Part shown: piece by piece, positions 26,016 through 38,816 of the stretch | Layout of the letters: each line of letters starts with the position of its first letter | Position numbering within the stretch: position 1 is the stretch's first letter | DNA from: Chrysemys picta bellii | Taxonomy: Eukaryota | DNA length: 64,000 nt | NCBI RefSeq assembly: GCF_011386835.1 | Contig: NC_088797.1 | Span: 79,670,001-79,734,000 of the forward strand | Direction: 5' to 3' | Program-made: the position numbers and the translations under genes | Notes under the pieces: generated by a model | Told to the model about the DNA's origin: nothing | Databases searched by the model: none | Seen by the model: the letters and a program-made list of their open reading frames with translations, nothing else

Positions 26016-27804
26016 CTATTTAAAGAAATTTATAGGGGAAAAGAAACAGGAGAAATAGAAAGCGAGGAATCAGACTGGAAAAAGCAAAATGCTATGGCTG
26101 GATGACATATTTAATGTATTTTTTTCTTAATGTTACACTCAGAATCAATAATAGGATAAAGTCAGTGTGTTTTTTGCTAAATGTAATAAATTACATGAAA
26201 AGGCACTATATATTTGTCTCCTCTGAGCATAACATATACGTATGCAGATGTAAAAATGAGTTACACAGAAACAAAGAATAATGGTGCTGTTAAAATCAGA
26301 AGTATGAAAGCCTTAGAATTCTCTCAAGCGAAAAAAAAGGAGGTACAATTCCATTCTTAGATATAGATGATAGATCTCACCTTGGATATTCTGCTTTTCC
26401 ACTCACCTGCATGGAAGTTACACAGGTGGGGAGAGCAGAGTAACAGTTGACATTTATCATGGAGATCTTAGAGCAGAATTTTGTGCATTACCTGCATTCT
26501 CTTCACCCCCACTTATGTACTTGAACATTTACCACATACTGAAACTACAGCGTATTGATGGGCTTTGTCCATAATATAACTTATATTTTAAAATTAAGAT
26601 TGTTAACTATGTTATTTAACCTTATAAAACTATTAGATTTTCCTGTAAAAGTCATTTTGCTTATCTTCTAACTAACACATACTATTTTAAAGAGTACTTT
26701 AAGATCCCTTCTAGATGTATTATAATATAACATTTATTACATTACCTGAGGATTATAAGCAAAACAAAAGAATACAGAGCATTACTAAATGAGCAAAGTC
26801 AAAGTGCATGCTTCAATATCTAATGCAGCCACAACAAACGAGTGAAAAATAAACATCAAGCTTTACCTTATGGGAGATGCCATTCACTGTTAGACAATGA
26901 AATAACTTTTTACAACAGATCATTAAACTATAGGAAAAAGTCCTCAGGGCTCTGGCTTGTGAGGTTTAATTATTAGCTTCAAAATAATTCAACTATCAGT
27001 AAACACCCTGCTAGTCCACAACTGTGGAAGTAATCTCTGCGCATACAGCTTTGTTTGTTTCAAGCAAATTGTACAATGCAATAAGTTTTAGCAAAAATTT
27101 TCAACAATCCAAACATCTGTGCTAGAAACACAAGGGTTGAAATCAACAGTGTTCTGTAATCTATGTTTTGAAATATTGACCTATTTTCCTTAACGAGAAA
27201 TCTGTTTATTCCCTAGCAAATGAAATAGGGTAATGGATTTGGGTTAGCAATAAAAGTGTAAAAATTTAATTTATTTTTGGAATATTTTTATATTGAATGT
27301 TTCTATTTGATTCTTAATTTGCACTTTTAAAGAAACAAATGTATTGATATAGCCAAATGAATATCATTCATTTTTTCCAGTTTTAGTCTATGGTGTTTAC
27401 ATTCATCTGATAAAGCAGGCACAGTAGGGAATATATAAACATGTGCTAATGACTGAAAGAAGCTTGTTTTTGCTAGATGGTCTGTATTAGCTTTTAGACA
27501 GATGCTCTATGTAGGTTACCAGCTGTTTGAAAAGAAGCACTTTTTATATTTCTAGAGCATGAGTGGATACTAGAAAAAATGAACAATTAATTTTCTGTAT
27601 CATTGCCACAATGAAGCCAATATGAATTAACAATACAAAACCAAACAGCAATGAATGTATATTTTAAACATAAGGGATTATCAGATTGCTGAAACATGCA
27701 TCCACCATTTTTTATTTAAAATTGATTTTGGTAATGTGTGAAAAAATGCACTGGATTTGAAACAGAGTGTACTTCTGATGAAGTATAAAAATTAAATACA
27801 ATAC

Positions 27805-27928
27805 CTGGCAGAGCGGGCTCCTAGACTAAAGCCCATGTATCCTTCAGCAGGCAGGGAATCATCTCCCAACTCTTTTAGATCCTGCGGCCCAAGATATTTG
27901 TCTGTATCACCTGTCATTGCATCCTCAC
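27805..27928 (-). CDS. ANK3: Ankyrin-3 exon ([42 protein letters not shown])
   Basis: 124 nt; CAG acceptor, GTATTG donor, phase 1/2; near identical to recalled human ankyrin-G. Confidence 0.96.
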
Positions 27929-29398
27929 CTGCCAGTATAAAAGCAAACTGAAATCAGAAGTTACATGTATCATAAATGTTCATGTGTTCAGTAATTCATA
28001 ATATCCTTCCACTGCTTTCCAACAAGTGATCAATCACATCACATCCCCAGAGGTTTTTTTCCCTAGTAGAAGAATGTCAATTATCTACCATCTGCATAGG
28101 TTTGAAAAAAATTCTATACAAGTGGTTAGTATAAGGGGCCAAAGTTCTTGATACTATAAATCCACTGATTCAAGAGTTATACCAGGAATGAAGTTAGCCA
28201 ATTATTCTTGCAACCTAAGCCTCTCTCTATGGGTTTAACACCGCATAACGTCTTTGCCCCTTCCTTACAAAAAAAGACATGAAGATGAATGAAAGGCAGG
28301 TCATTCTATAATCTTGAATAGCAGTTTTTAGTCATTATCTGTTTGCAGACTCACAGTGAAGAGTGAAGCAATGTTTGAATGGACACTGAATGGAAGGCCA
28401 GGCCCACCTCTTCTTTTGATTTTCTCCCAAATGTTTTACAAACTTGAATTAGTATTAGATTTTTCTTAATGCTTTTTACATTAATATATGCTGAGGTTCC
28501 TAGCAGTATGATCATTTTATTAAGATAAAGTAAATTATTTGTCAAGAATGTTCATTACTGTATATGATGGGGGAGTGACATCATGACTAATACTAGAATA
28601 GATTAGAGCAAAACATATATCTAAATTATTCTTGAATTACTAAGAATTTGAAGTGTAAAATTCACCCCAATGACTGTGCTAATTTCAACAATGCTAGATA
28701 TATATGAACTAACAGCTGACTAGATATTAATTGTGAAGTAAAAACCTGGTAAATGTGTAAAAAGGAAAACTGAAAGTAATAAAAGCTGCTCTTTAAAAAG
28801 AACACAGTACTGTTAGAAAGGGTTAACTAACTAACTTGCTTTTACTAAGTGCATCTGAACACCATTACATCATACTGAAAACTACATTCCAGCAGTGACA
28901 GAGCAGGTCTAAAATATGCCCCTTGTGGTTTTAGGATTTTCTTTCCTGTCCTCTCTATAATACAGAGTACAGAGCACTGTAGCTAAATTTATTACATTTA
29001 TAAATTCAAACTCTATCCCTTTGCTTGTTGAACACGTTTTTGAGTACATAAAAGTTCACAAAAGAGAAAAGAGTTCACGTTGCATTCACAAAGGTGACTG
29101 ATTCATAAACCTCAGCTATATTTTTCCAATTTCTTCATTCAGTAGAGTTTAGACTTTCCATTCACTTAATTCAGGAAACCACAGACTGAGCTCTGTTTTT
29201 AAACTACCAATCAATTCTAAAAATACCCTTTCAGCTACTGTTTGCAAACGACAAAATAAACAGATCAACTTTCTACTGCAGCGCAGCAACAGAGATTATT
29301 TTAAGTAACAATTTAAAGGCTAAAATGTTTGTAATATATCATAGAGCATAAAATTCTGAAAAAACATTAAATACTAAATTTAACTTTAAAAGTCTTAC

Positions 29399-29414
29399 TG
29401 TTTTGGAAAGCCAT
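29399..29414 (-). CDS. ANK3: Coding part of candidate internal first exon of a short ANK3 isoform (MAFQN + S-EDAM...)
   Basis: gtgaaaATGGCTTTCCAAAACA|GTAAGA: strong Kozak context, 16 coding nt, phase 1 matching the next exon; recalled mammalian short isoform begins MALPQS/MALPHS-EDA with the same 16-nt layout. Confidence 0.7.
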
Positions 29415-29929
29415 TTTCACCAGTCTGGTCTATAAGTTTTTTTTCCTGATGTTTCCAAGAATTCCTATTAGTCCTATTAGTCTTTAAGCAGTGATTAGGA
29501 GTTAATCTCCAAACCAGCACAAGCAAACTAATCCCTGTGGGTCATATTCACTTTCCACACAACTGAGATCTTCTTAACACCTTGATCTCTTCGTACGTAT
29601 TTTAAGAAATATGTATCTTTGTCCTCTCAACTCAGATAAAAAAAATCTTTGCAAATATGAAACAAAGTGAAAAATAATGACAACTTATTTGAAGTTAAGA
29701 TCCTTTTTAATCACTCTATAGACATCCTTTTAAAGCTTCTTCTGATTGGATTAAAACTTCTTTGGCAAGCCTCTTGAATGGCGACATAAATGCAAGCACT
29801 TGAGTTATTTGTATGTAAATAGGGGTACTGCTAGGGTGTAGCTTTTCTGTAACTTGACACCAAGGCAAGGCTCAGAGGCTAAACATGTAACACAGTACTG
29901 ACTGGGGCTGCCTAAAATCAAGGAAAACG

Positions 29930-30900
29930 GAGTTAGGCACAGTACTCCGTTGGCCGGAGATTCCAGCTGAACTAGTATTAATGCGACATTACAAACACAG
30001 GGCTAAGAGACAAAGGTACATACACTAAAGTGTTGTTTGGACCAGGGAGTGCCATTGAGCTGATTTTTTAGATCTCGGCTAAGCAGGCAACAGATACGAC
30101 AGACGCTTCTTTATGGCTATTCTCAGGTGAAGGGGCAGAAGGGGTTGCCTTTGAGTTCTGAAGCGGACTCGAGGGCTTGGAGGAAAATCTGGCTCCAGCA
30201 CTAACCGGAACCTTGCAGTGCAATCTTTCAGCCCCTGTCAGGGAGCAACAAGACAAGTAGTAGCCAGCGATGGCCGAGGTCCTGGTTGTCTGCAACACAG
30301 CCCTCTCGTCTCTGGTGGGTGGGGAGAAAGGAGGGGGAATGTCATTCTGCCACCACGAGAGAGCCGCAGGAAACAGGAGATGGGTGGGTGGCTGGGAGTG
30401 GAATCTCTGGGTCAGCTGGAAAATTTCCCCCGTCTCTTCCCCTTCCCCTCCTCCCAATCCACAGTGTGTGTTGTGCTGCTTTGCTGCACCACTCGGGGTG
30501 CCTATGCAGTGGTGTGAAAGGGAGCAACATAGTGATCTCCAAAGGCCTCTGCGTGGGCGCTTTAATCCCTTTCTCTGCGCTGCGAGCACACCCGGAGCAG
30601 AGAAGCACAGCGCAGCAGCCTGAGTGGGGCGAGACAACATTGGGGGGGGGGGGGCTATGAGCTGCAGCCGCAGTCTTGTTGGCAGCAGAAGGAGACAGGC
30701 GCATTGCAGGCGAAAATCAAACATGAAGGGTTAGATCCCGAAGGCTCCACTCTTATCAAAATGCGATGCCTTGCAGTGCTAGTTACAGAGCCCTCAAAGG
30801 GCTTCATCAGTTGCGGCTAATCCTCAGCGTATAACCAGATAGCTACAAACACTTCCCCAGCCACAGCTCAACTTTTCGGGTCTGGCAAAGCCATCCAGAC
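29930..30900 (-). promoter_or_regulatory. CpG-enriched block, candidate internal ANK3 promoter or 5'UTR
   Basis: About 30 CpGs counted by eye in about 1 kb, against very few in the AT-rich flanks; no TIR or TSD recognised; upstream of the candidate MAFQN exon. Confidence 0.45.
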
Positions 30901-31355
30901 TGTCAAGCACTAAAAAGTCTGCCCTGGCCATGTGCTCATGTATAAACTCACTGAGAAGAGAGATGGCCCCAAGCAAAGGAGTTCGAATCTGGATCCCGAG
31001 CAGGTACTAAACTTTCCTACACTGATGGGGGGTTTGGAACCCATAGTTTGGTTCAACCCCACTATAGAGATAGGTAGGGATAGCCACAAAGTTTGGATCC
31101 AGATCTGAATTTTTCCCAAATTCAAGGGTGCTCAGATCCAGAGCCCCATTTCCTATCAGAAGGATTCAGCTGAGAATGATCAGAGAGAAAACTGATCATT
31201 GAGACAACTGAAAAAAATAGCTGACCGTGAGGAGAAGGTAGGAGGAGAGAGAGGCAGCTCTGGAAGATAAGGAGTCAGAGCTGGTTCAGGGGAGTGGCTG
31301 ATTGCTGGGAGAGTGGGGAGAGCTGACCAGCAGGAAAGTGGGGGAGGCCCTTACT

Positions 31356-34068
31356 TGGGGTGACCATATTTACACCTAGTAAAATTACTGATATTCAAAT
31401 GAGTTCAATGGCAATCAATCAAAACTATGCAGTACAAACATTCATATTATCAAGTTGACTGCGCCCCTGTTAAAAAGAAATACTGCCTTGTTGGATTCTT
31501 TTTATTTATCTTCTTATCTTTAAGGCTTTAGGTTTACATGGGGAGGGGTGACACATACACACCTGCTCCCTTCCCCCACACACACACAAAGGGAGAGGTG
31601 ACACACACACGTACACCCCTCTCACATAGCAGGATTGACCGACCGACCGACCCAACCCTCCCTGCCTGGTGTTCTTCACCCTCCATGCCTGGCTGGGCCC
31701 CTGGGACGGACCCGCCTCTCCTGGTACCTGGCGCCACATCTTCCTGAAGCAACACATGGCGGGGGGGGGGGGGGAGGGCATGCAGGGTCACATTTCCCTC
31801 CACCCACCCCAGATTTCTGTCAGGTTCACAACGGAATGTGGCCAGCAGCAGCCTTTCAGCACTGTGTGGGAGGGACAGGATGGGAGCTGCTTCAGGAGGG
31901 GAGGGATGACCTGGTCCCTGTCTTTGCAGCTCTCATCTCTCCTCTCCTCTCCCCCCCGACCTGGAAGCAGCTTGTCTCTTCCTGCCCATACAGCATGGGC
32001 AGGAAGGGGTTAAGCCCTAAGGATTCATTGTGCACCAGGGCCCGTGCAAGGCTTTTTTGTGCCCTAGGCAAAACGTCCACCTTGCGTCCCCCCCACCCCG
32101 GCACATCGGTTCATTGAGGGGCAAATCCCAATGTGCCTTTATAGACCCCAGGGGCCAGCCATGCCCAGGGGCTGCTCCCCAGACCAGGTTCCCCCTCCCT
32201 GCCCCCTGAACTCCCCTGGAGGATGCACAGCCCCCCCCCCAAGCCCTCCCCTCCCCACTCCACCCTGGCAGCCCCCGCTCCGAGTCCACTCACTGGCTTT
32301 GCCGGGCTTGAGCCGCTGCAGCAGCTTGGCAGGGAGGATCCGCCTTTCGGAGGCACCGGAGAGCCAGAGCTTGCGGCGGCGGCGAACCCCAGCCATGGAG
32401 GAGCTGGCGCGGTGCAGGGGGGCAGCAGCCCTGCAAAGGCGGCGGCACCGCTAGCGGGGCCCACCACCCATCCTACCCAGGCTGCGGCCCAGCACCCCCC
32501 ATCTACCGGGGCTCCTGCAGGCTGCAGCGGATGCATGCGTGCGCCAGCCCCCGTGCATCCCCCAGCTACCCCCTCGCCACGCTCGGGCTCTGTGGCTCCT
32601 GGGCATGTGAGCCACCACCAGGGCGCGGGACCCTAAGCCTGCTCCGGGAGGGGCAGTGGTGGCGGCGGCTCACACTCCCGGGAGCCGCAGAGCCCGAGTG
32701 TGGCGAGGGAAGAGCCGGGTGGTGCACAGGGGCAGCCGCCTGCATGCATCCGCTGCAGCCTGCAGGAGCCCCCCCCGGGGGGGGCGGGGGTGCCGGGCCA
32801 CAGTCTGGGCAGGAGGGGCGGGGGGTGCGGCTGTTTCCTGCTAGCGGTGCTGCCGCCTTTGCAGGGCTGCTGATCCTCCCTGTGCCGCGCCGGGTCCTCC
32901 ATGGCTGGGGCTCGCTGCCCCCGCAAGCTGATGCTCTGGTTCTCCGGTGCCTCCAGAAGGTGGCTCCTCCCTGCAGAGCCAGGGCACCGCTTTTTGGTGC
33001 CCCCAGCCAGTTGGCACCCTAGGCGACCGACTAGTTCGCCTAGTGGTTGCACTGGCCCTGGGCCCAGGGAACCTGACTACAGGGGCTTTAGCGAATCCTG
33101 CCGAAGAGGTGGCTCAGCAGGGAAGGGTGCCTAGGAGATAGAGCAGCCCTGCGCTCCCTGTGGGTAGGACCCGGATGGGGGGAGGAGGGTGAAGAGGATG
33201 CTAAGCCCCTGCCCTGGGGGCTGCTGTGGAGCCTGCAGGTTCAGAGCATGAACAGGCTGGAAATCACTTTCCCCCCACCGCCACTCCAGAGCTTAGCTGA
33301 TTTAGCTGAGGGGTGGAGAGGCTTCCTCCTGTCAGCACTGTGCAGGGCTTTGGCACATGCAGGTCATGGCTCCTCCTGGCTAGCGCCCCAGTCTGGAGGG
33401 TCTTGGGCTTTCCCGGGGCGCCGGCCCAGCAAGAGGTAGCGGGGGAAGGAAGGAGCCTGTCGGCCAGGTTGTTGGTGAGCTGAGCGCTCCAACCAGGGAC
33501 TGATTCTCCACACAGCGCTGGGAGCAGGTCGCTCCCCACAGAGGGGATATGGAGGAACAGTGGAGTAGGAGAGGGAGGTGAAGGGGCAAAGCAGGGAGAG
33601 GACAGCTGGAGGGGGAGTTTGTAAAGGGCTGATACATGTGCAACAGAGGCGACACGTAACCAGCCACCACCTGGCGCCTGCCCACACACACCAGCTACTG
33701 CAGCTCACAGCGTGCAGCCAGCACCAGCCAGAAACAGGACGGGGGCATGTCCCTGCTGGCTGAGAGCCAGCATGCAGCAGGGACTGCGCTGACAGACCGG
33801 CAGGGGGAGCAGATGGCCCCGCGCTGCATCTTTGCCCCACCACCAGCCTTGCACACCCACCCCCATCATCAGCCACTGGACCTACCCCCCGCACTCACCG
33901 CTGGTGGGCAGGGATCCAGCCAGCAGCAGGGCTCACCGGTACTGATGGGGGTGGAGGAAGACAGAAAATATGGGACAATTTGCCCGTTTTTAAGAAAAAG
34001 TCGGGAAGCCTGCAGGAAGGCTTAAATACGGGAATGTCCCTTTAAAAACAGGATGACTGGTCAGCCTA
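31356..34068. mobile_element. Composite hAT element, 2.7 kb, with a nested insertion
   Basis: TIR TGGGGTGACCA / TGGTCAGCCTA; perfect TSD cccttact. Confidence 0.85.
32036..33060. mobile_element. Nested TIR element with a large internal inverted repeat
   Basis: TIR CAGGGCCCGTGCAA / TTGCACTGGCCCTG; no TSD recognised. Confidence 0.65.
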
Positions 34069-34360
34069 CCCTTACTCTCTAGTTTATAAGCAGAGCTTTA
34101 CTTCTGCTTTGTTATTAGGAGGGTCTATAATTATAAAATTGATTATTTGTAGAAAAAAAGCCAACATCTAAAATCCACAACTCCCACACAAAGATTCTAG
34201 ATCATAGTCTGGTCACATTATACAGTAAAAACCCAGCACCACAAAGCAAACAAATAGGCTCATTTCATTACTAGGATCCTCAGAATCATCAGAGCCATTT
34301 CAGGAAAAATCAGCCGCCATCCAAGCACACTTCTCACCACTGGAGAATCTACCAGTAAGG

Positions 34361-35995
34361 CAGTGGCGGATTTAGAGTTAGTGAGGCCCTGTGCTCAGCT
34401 TCATGTTTTGGGCCCCTCCTTGGGACCCAGCCAAGAAAAAGAACATTCTCTCTTATCTCCCTACTGCCCCCATTTTTCATTCTTTTTTTCTTCATCCTCC
34501 TCCTATAAGTAATAGGAAGTAAATGAAAATAAAGTGAGGTACCTTGATTGTTTTTGTAGTCTAACTTATTTTCCCACAGACCACTTGAAAATCGGTGGGG
34601 GTCTCGGCGGACCACTTAATGATCTTTCCAAATATTGTTTGTACCATTAGCTACCTATTGTAAAGCGCTTTGGATAAGAGCGCTTTATAAAAAAAAATGT
34701 AAACAAATATTGGGGTGTGGTGTCTGGCCAGGACTTAGGTTGCGGGAGGGGGCTCAGGGCTGGGGGTGCAGGGTTTGGGAGGAAGTTATGGTGCAGGAGC
34801 AGGCTGGGGGTTGGGGCATAGGTGCTGACTTCTAATAGCGCCGGTGGATACTCGACCCCCCCTCTGCCTCCGGCCATGTCCCAACTCCATCCCTGCCCTG
34901 CCCCCTTCCTGCCCCCATTCCAACCCCTTCCCCAAAGTCCCCGCCCCAACTCCACCCCCTCCCTGCCCCTAATCAACTCCTTCCCCAAATCCCGGCCCCG
35001 GCCCCACCTCCTCCCCTGAGCATGCCACGTTCCCGCTCCTCCCCGCCCCTCCCAGAGCTTACTACAGCTGTTTGGTGGTGACAAGCACCGGGGGGGGGAG
35101 GAACAGGGACACGGCACGCTCCGGGGAGGAGGTGGGCAGGGGCTGGAGGTGTGTGAGAAGGATTCAGGAGTCAGGGCTGGGAGTGTGTGAAGGGCTGCAG
35201 GAGTCAGGGCTGGGGGTGCAGAGTGCAGGGTCTGGGAGAGACTTAGGGTGCAGGAGCAGGCTGGGGGTTGGGGTGCAGGGTCTGGCCAAGAGTTAGGATG
35301 CAGGAGGGGGCTCAGGGTTGGGGCAAGAGGTTGGGGTGTGGAGTGCTTACCTGGGGCAGCTTCCATTTGGTGCAAGGGGTGCAGGTGGGAATGGGGAGGG
35401 GGTTCAGGAGCTCCTGTTTGGTGCTCAGGGTGGAGGTGGTGATATGGGGGGTGCAGAAGTCAGGGCATGGGGTGTGGGGGAGCTGGGTATGTGTGCGGGG
35501 TGCATGAGTCAGGGAGGGCAGGGAGTGTGTGAGGGGGGTGCAGAAGTCAGGGCTGGAGGATGTGGGCTGGGGTTGTGGGGGCGCTCCCTGCCCCACCCAA
35601 GCCCCCTGCCCTGAGCAGCTCACGGCAAGGGGGGGTATGTGTAGGGGGAATGCAGGGACCCCGCCTTTGCTCTGCCCTGCCCCAATTCCACTCCCTTCCC
35701 CAAGGCCCCACCCCTGCCTCTTCTCCGCCTCCTCCCCTGAGCGTGCTGCGGCCCTGCTCCTCCCCTCCCTGTTTGGCAGCGGGGACAGCACTGGGAGGGG
35801 GAAGGGCAGGAATGCTGCAAGCTCGGGGGAGGAGATGGGGGAGGGGGAGCTTGGCTGCTGGTGGAAGCCTGCAGCAGGAGCCCCAGGAGCCAGCAGAACC
35901 AAGCTTCTGCCCCCACAGCTGCCCAGCCCTGGGCCCCCCTGTTGTTAGGGGCCCCATGCCAGGGCACTCGGTGTTTTACTGTAAATCCGCCTCTG
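34361..35995. mobile_element. Non-autonomous hAT element
   Basis: TIR CAGTGGCGGATTTA / TAAATCCGCCTCTG; perfect TSD cagtaagg; GGGGTGCAGGA-type repeats inside. Confidence 0.9.
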
Positions 35996-38084
35996 CAGTA
36001 AGGGATAGGATTTTGAAGGTGGTCAAGAGCTCTGACTAATTCCTGCTCTAAAGGAAATCATGTGGGAATATTCCAAGACTATTTCCCAACTCTGATTATA
36101 AAACAAACATTTGCTGAGGTCAAACTTCAACAGCAAGTACTGGGCATTAAATATTTTTTACTGTACCATCCTGTGATGCAGAGTATTATTTGGAAGACAA
36201 ATTTTGATCCTCAGATCCTCTGATGTAGTAAAAATCTTTGCTAATGAAAAGATGCAACAGGTGCAAACAAACCTGAGTTTACGTAAATCTAATGAGCCAG
36301 ATTAATAACAACGGGATGACTATTTTCATGGCTTCAAGCTATATCCTAAAGAAAAATTACTTTCCTTTCTCTAGTATTTTTTTTTCTCTACTAGATATAA
36401 TGGGAAAAGTAGCAATATTCTCCTATCAATGCATTATGTTGTAAGATCTTCCCATATGGATCTACATGATCTCTGTTTAAATTCTTAAATATGTATCCAT
36501 TTGTGTAAATACCTTGTTTCAGGTTCTACTAGACATTACTTTTGAGATATGTTTGAGGAAAATCAATCAGGAATTCAGACTCCTGGTAGGCTACTGGAGC
36601 AGAGGGATCAGGAATACAGTTGACCTACATCCGGGGCAAGGGACATGAAATAGTTTAACTTCTGTCCATTCTAATTTGTGTTTAAACTACAAAAAGAGCT
36701 TTATACTTATAAAAATATACAAAAAAGAGACAGTTACACTTTAACTACACAAACCATAATGGAGAAAACATAGTTCATATCACTAAAGGTTTATTTTCCC
36801 CAGGAAGTAGAGAAGAGATCTTTTGGTCCAAATCTTGTACTTTAGACTTGGAAACTTTTTCCTGAGGACTAATAATTGATACAAACATTTTGTGCTTGGG
36901 ACATACAGAGTTATATCATTAGAGTCGGACTGTGATTTGCACAAAGCCATGGATAGGGGACAGTATGGAGCTGTATTACACCTTGGAAAGCATTAGGAAT
37001 AAACTCTACCTCAGAAAGCACAATCTCTCCCAGGTGGCTTTGTGCGCCCAGGGGATGTGCATGTACCCCATGCATAAGGATAACACATATTGCTCCCCAC
37101 CCGAATGACAGTTCCACTTCACAAGCCAATATGCAGGAAACATGGGGACAAGACCTCACCTTCTCCTTGTGCTTTTCTAGATGATGTAAACCCTGAAGGC
37201 AAAGTATTACTCTCAGATACCAATCTGATAGGTGCTTTTGACAAACTTGAAGATGACAGGGTGGACAGATCACTCAACAAACAAGAATGACAACTGGAAA
37301 AGGAAGTTGGGAAAATGGAACCAGAATAAAGGCTTTGTTTCAGTGTTCAATGTATCTAAATATGAATGGATATGATACACTGTAAACAGATATGTAGTAG
37401 TACTGGCACAGAGAAAGGACTTCCTGCAGAAGACATTGTGTTTGCCAGATCGGCCAGCTAAACCTACAATTGTCTGTATATATGCCCTTCAGAAAAGAAG
37501 TGAAGAGAAGGCACCCTGCCACTTCAACAGATGGACAAGAATGCCGAGATTCAAGACACCATTTGCAGGAGTTGCATGTTAATGGCAAGGGGATTTACAG
37601 CTGGGAATGTTGAAATGGTTCTTCTGGCTGAGCTGCAGAAACTGTACTTCAGAGATTATCCTGTATCATTGCTAATCTAATTGTGAGCTGGATTACCTTG
37701 ATAGAATACTTCCATCAGGCTGTATAGCCATTTTTACATCCAGTAGAATAAAAAAAATATTACATGTTGGACATGGTCATTCCAAAGAATTTTACACACT
37801 TTCTTTTAATTCTGTGGGAGACTCAAGTAAAATGGATGAAATAAACTCAATCTGGCTGTGTATAATAAAACTAGGTTGAGATGCTGAAACCTAATCCTTT
37901 CTGGCTCAGATGGCAAGAATACTGTGTTTGAAAGGAATATGAACTCAGAAGAAATACTGAGGATAAAATACATTTCAGACAAAGTTATACTAGGTGAAGT
38001 AACACTAAGAGATGAAGTATCTAGTGAAAACTAGTCTGAAGACTGAATATCTCTGTGTTGTGTTACAACTTGGTATCCTTCATC

Positions 38085-38319
38085 CAGGGCTGGCTCCAGA
38101 CACCAGCTTCTCAAGCAGGTGCTTGGGGCGGCCGCTCTGGAGAGGGGCGGCACGTCCAGGTATTCGGCGGCAATTCGGCGGACGGTCCCTCACTCCGCCT
38201 GGGAGTGAAGCACCTTCCTCCGAATTACCGCTGCAGATCGCGATCACGGCTTTTTTGTTTTGTTTTGTTTTGTTTTGTTTTGGCTGCTTGGGGCGGCCAA
38301 AACCCTGGAGCCGGCCCTG
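38085..38319. mobile_element. hAT MITE with internal (TTTTG)n
   Basis: TIR CAGGGCTGGCTCCAG / CTGGAGCCGGCCCTG; perfect TSD ccttcatc. Confidence 0.92.
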
Positions 38320-38522
38320 CCTTCATCTCTTCTTTCCTACTACACTACAGACTGACACTGTGTTTTATGAAGAAAGAAAATGTCATCTTTATTATCCCTG
38401 GATAAACATAGGTACAAACATTATTTAGAGGTCATTTGATACTACAGATAGTAGCCAGTTTGTTATATATTTTTCCCATCAAAATCAGTCCAGCTCCATT
38501 GGGAAAAGGACAGGTGACAAAG

Positions 38523-38742
38523 GACAGAGGAGCATATTCTTTTCTATTCAAAGACCTGGTTTCACACAAATATGAATAAATATGAATATCCAACTCCTCA
38601 AACTTTACCCAGCTGTAAAACTACATTGCGTATGGAGCTAGACAGCTTCCTTCAGTTCTTAACATTTAAAAACAAAAAACCCCATCAACAACAGACTTTC
38701 AGGAATGGTAATGTTTTGGTCTTTCCTAGTTGCATCCTGTTA
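38523..38742 (+). repeat. Dispersed direct repeat, copy 1
   Basis: Shares exact 25-nt and 29-nt blocks with 42092-42303. Confidence 0.85.
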
Positions 38743-38816
38743 TCCTCCAGATCCTCCCGTGTGCCCCGGGGGCCCAACAATATACTCTGATGACTTAGAA
38801 GGGTGTCTGTCTAATG

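Noticed and set aside
30068-30724. 218-aa minus-strand ORF in the CpG block
   Set aside because: Non-ATG start, no recognisable domain, overlapping ORFs in several frames; explained by GC content.
30873-30894. Alternative phase-1 first exon ATG GCT TTG CCA GAC CCG AAA A|gttgag (MALPDPK-S)
   Set aside because: Weak donor and Kozak context compared with 29399-29414; not fully excluded.
31500-36040. Many 100-240 aa ORFs on both strands (also at 2657-3320, 16707-18203, 23050-23589, 38705-39602, 50126-50970)
   Set aside because: Pro/Gly/Ala low-complexity products of GC-rich non-autonomous hAT interiors; no transposase or other domain motifs.
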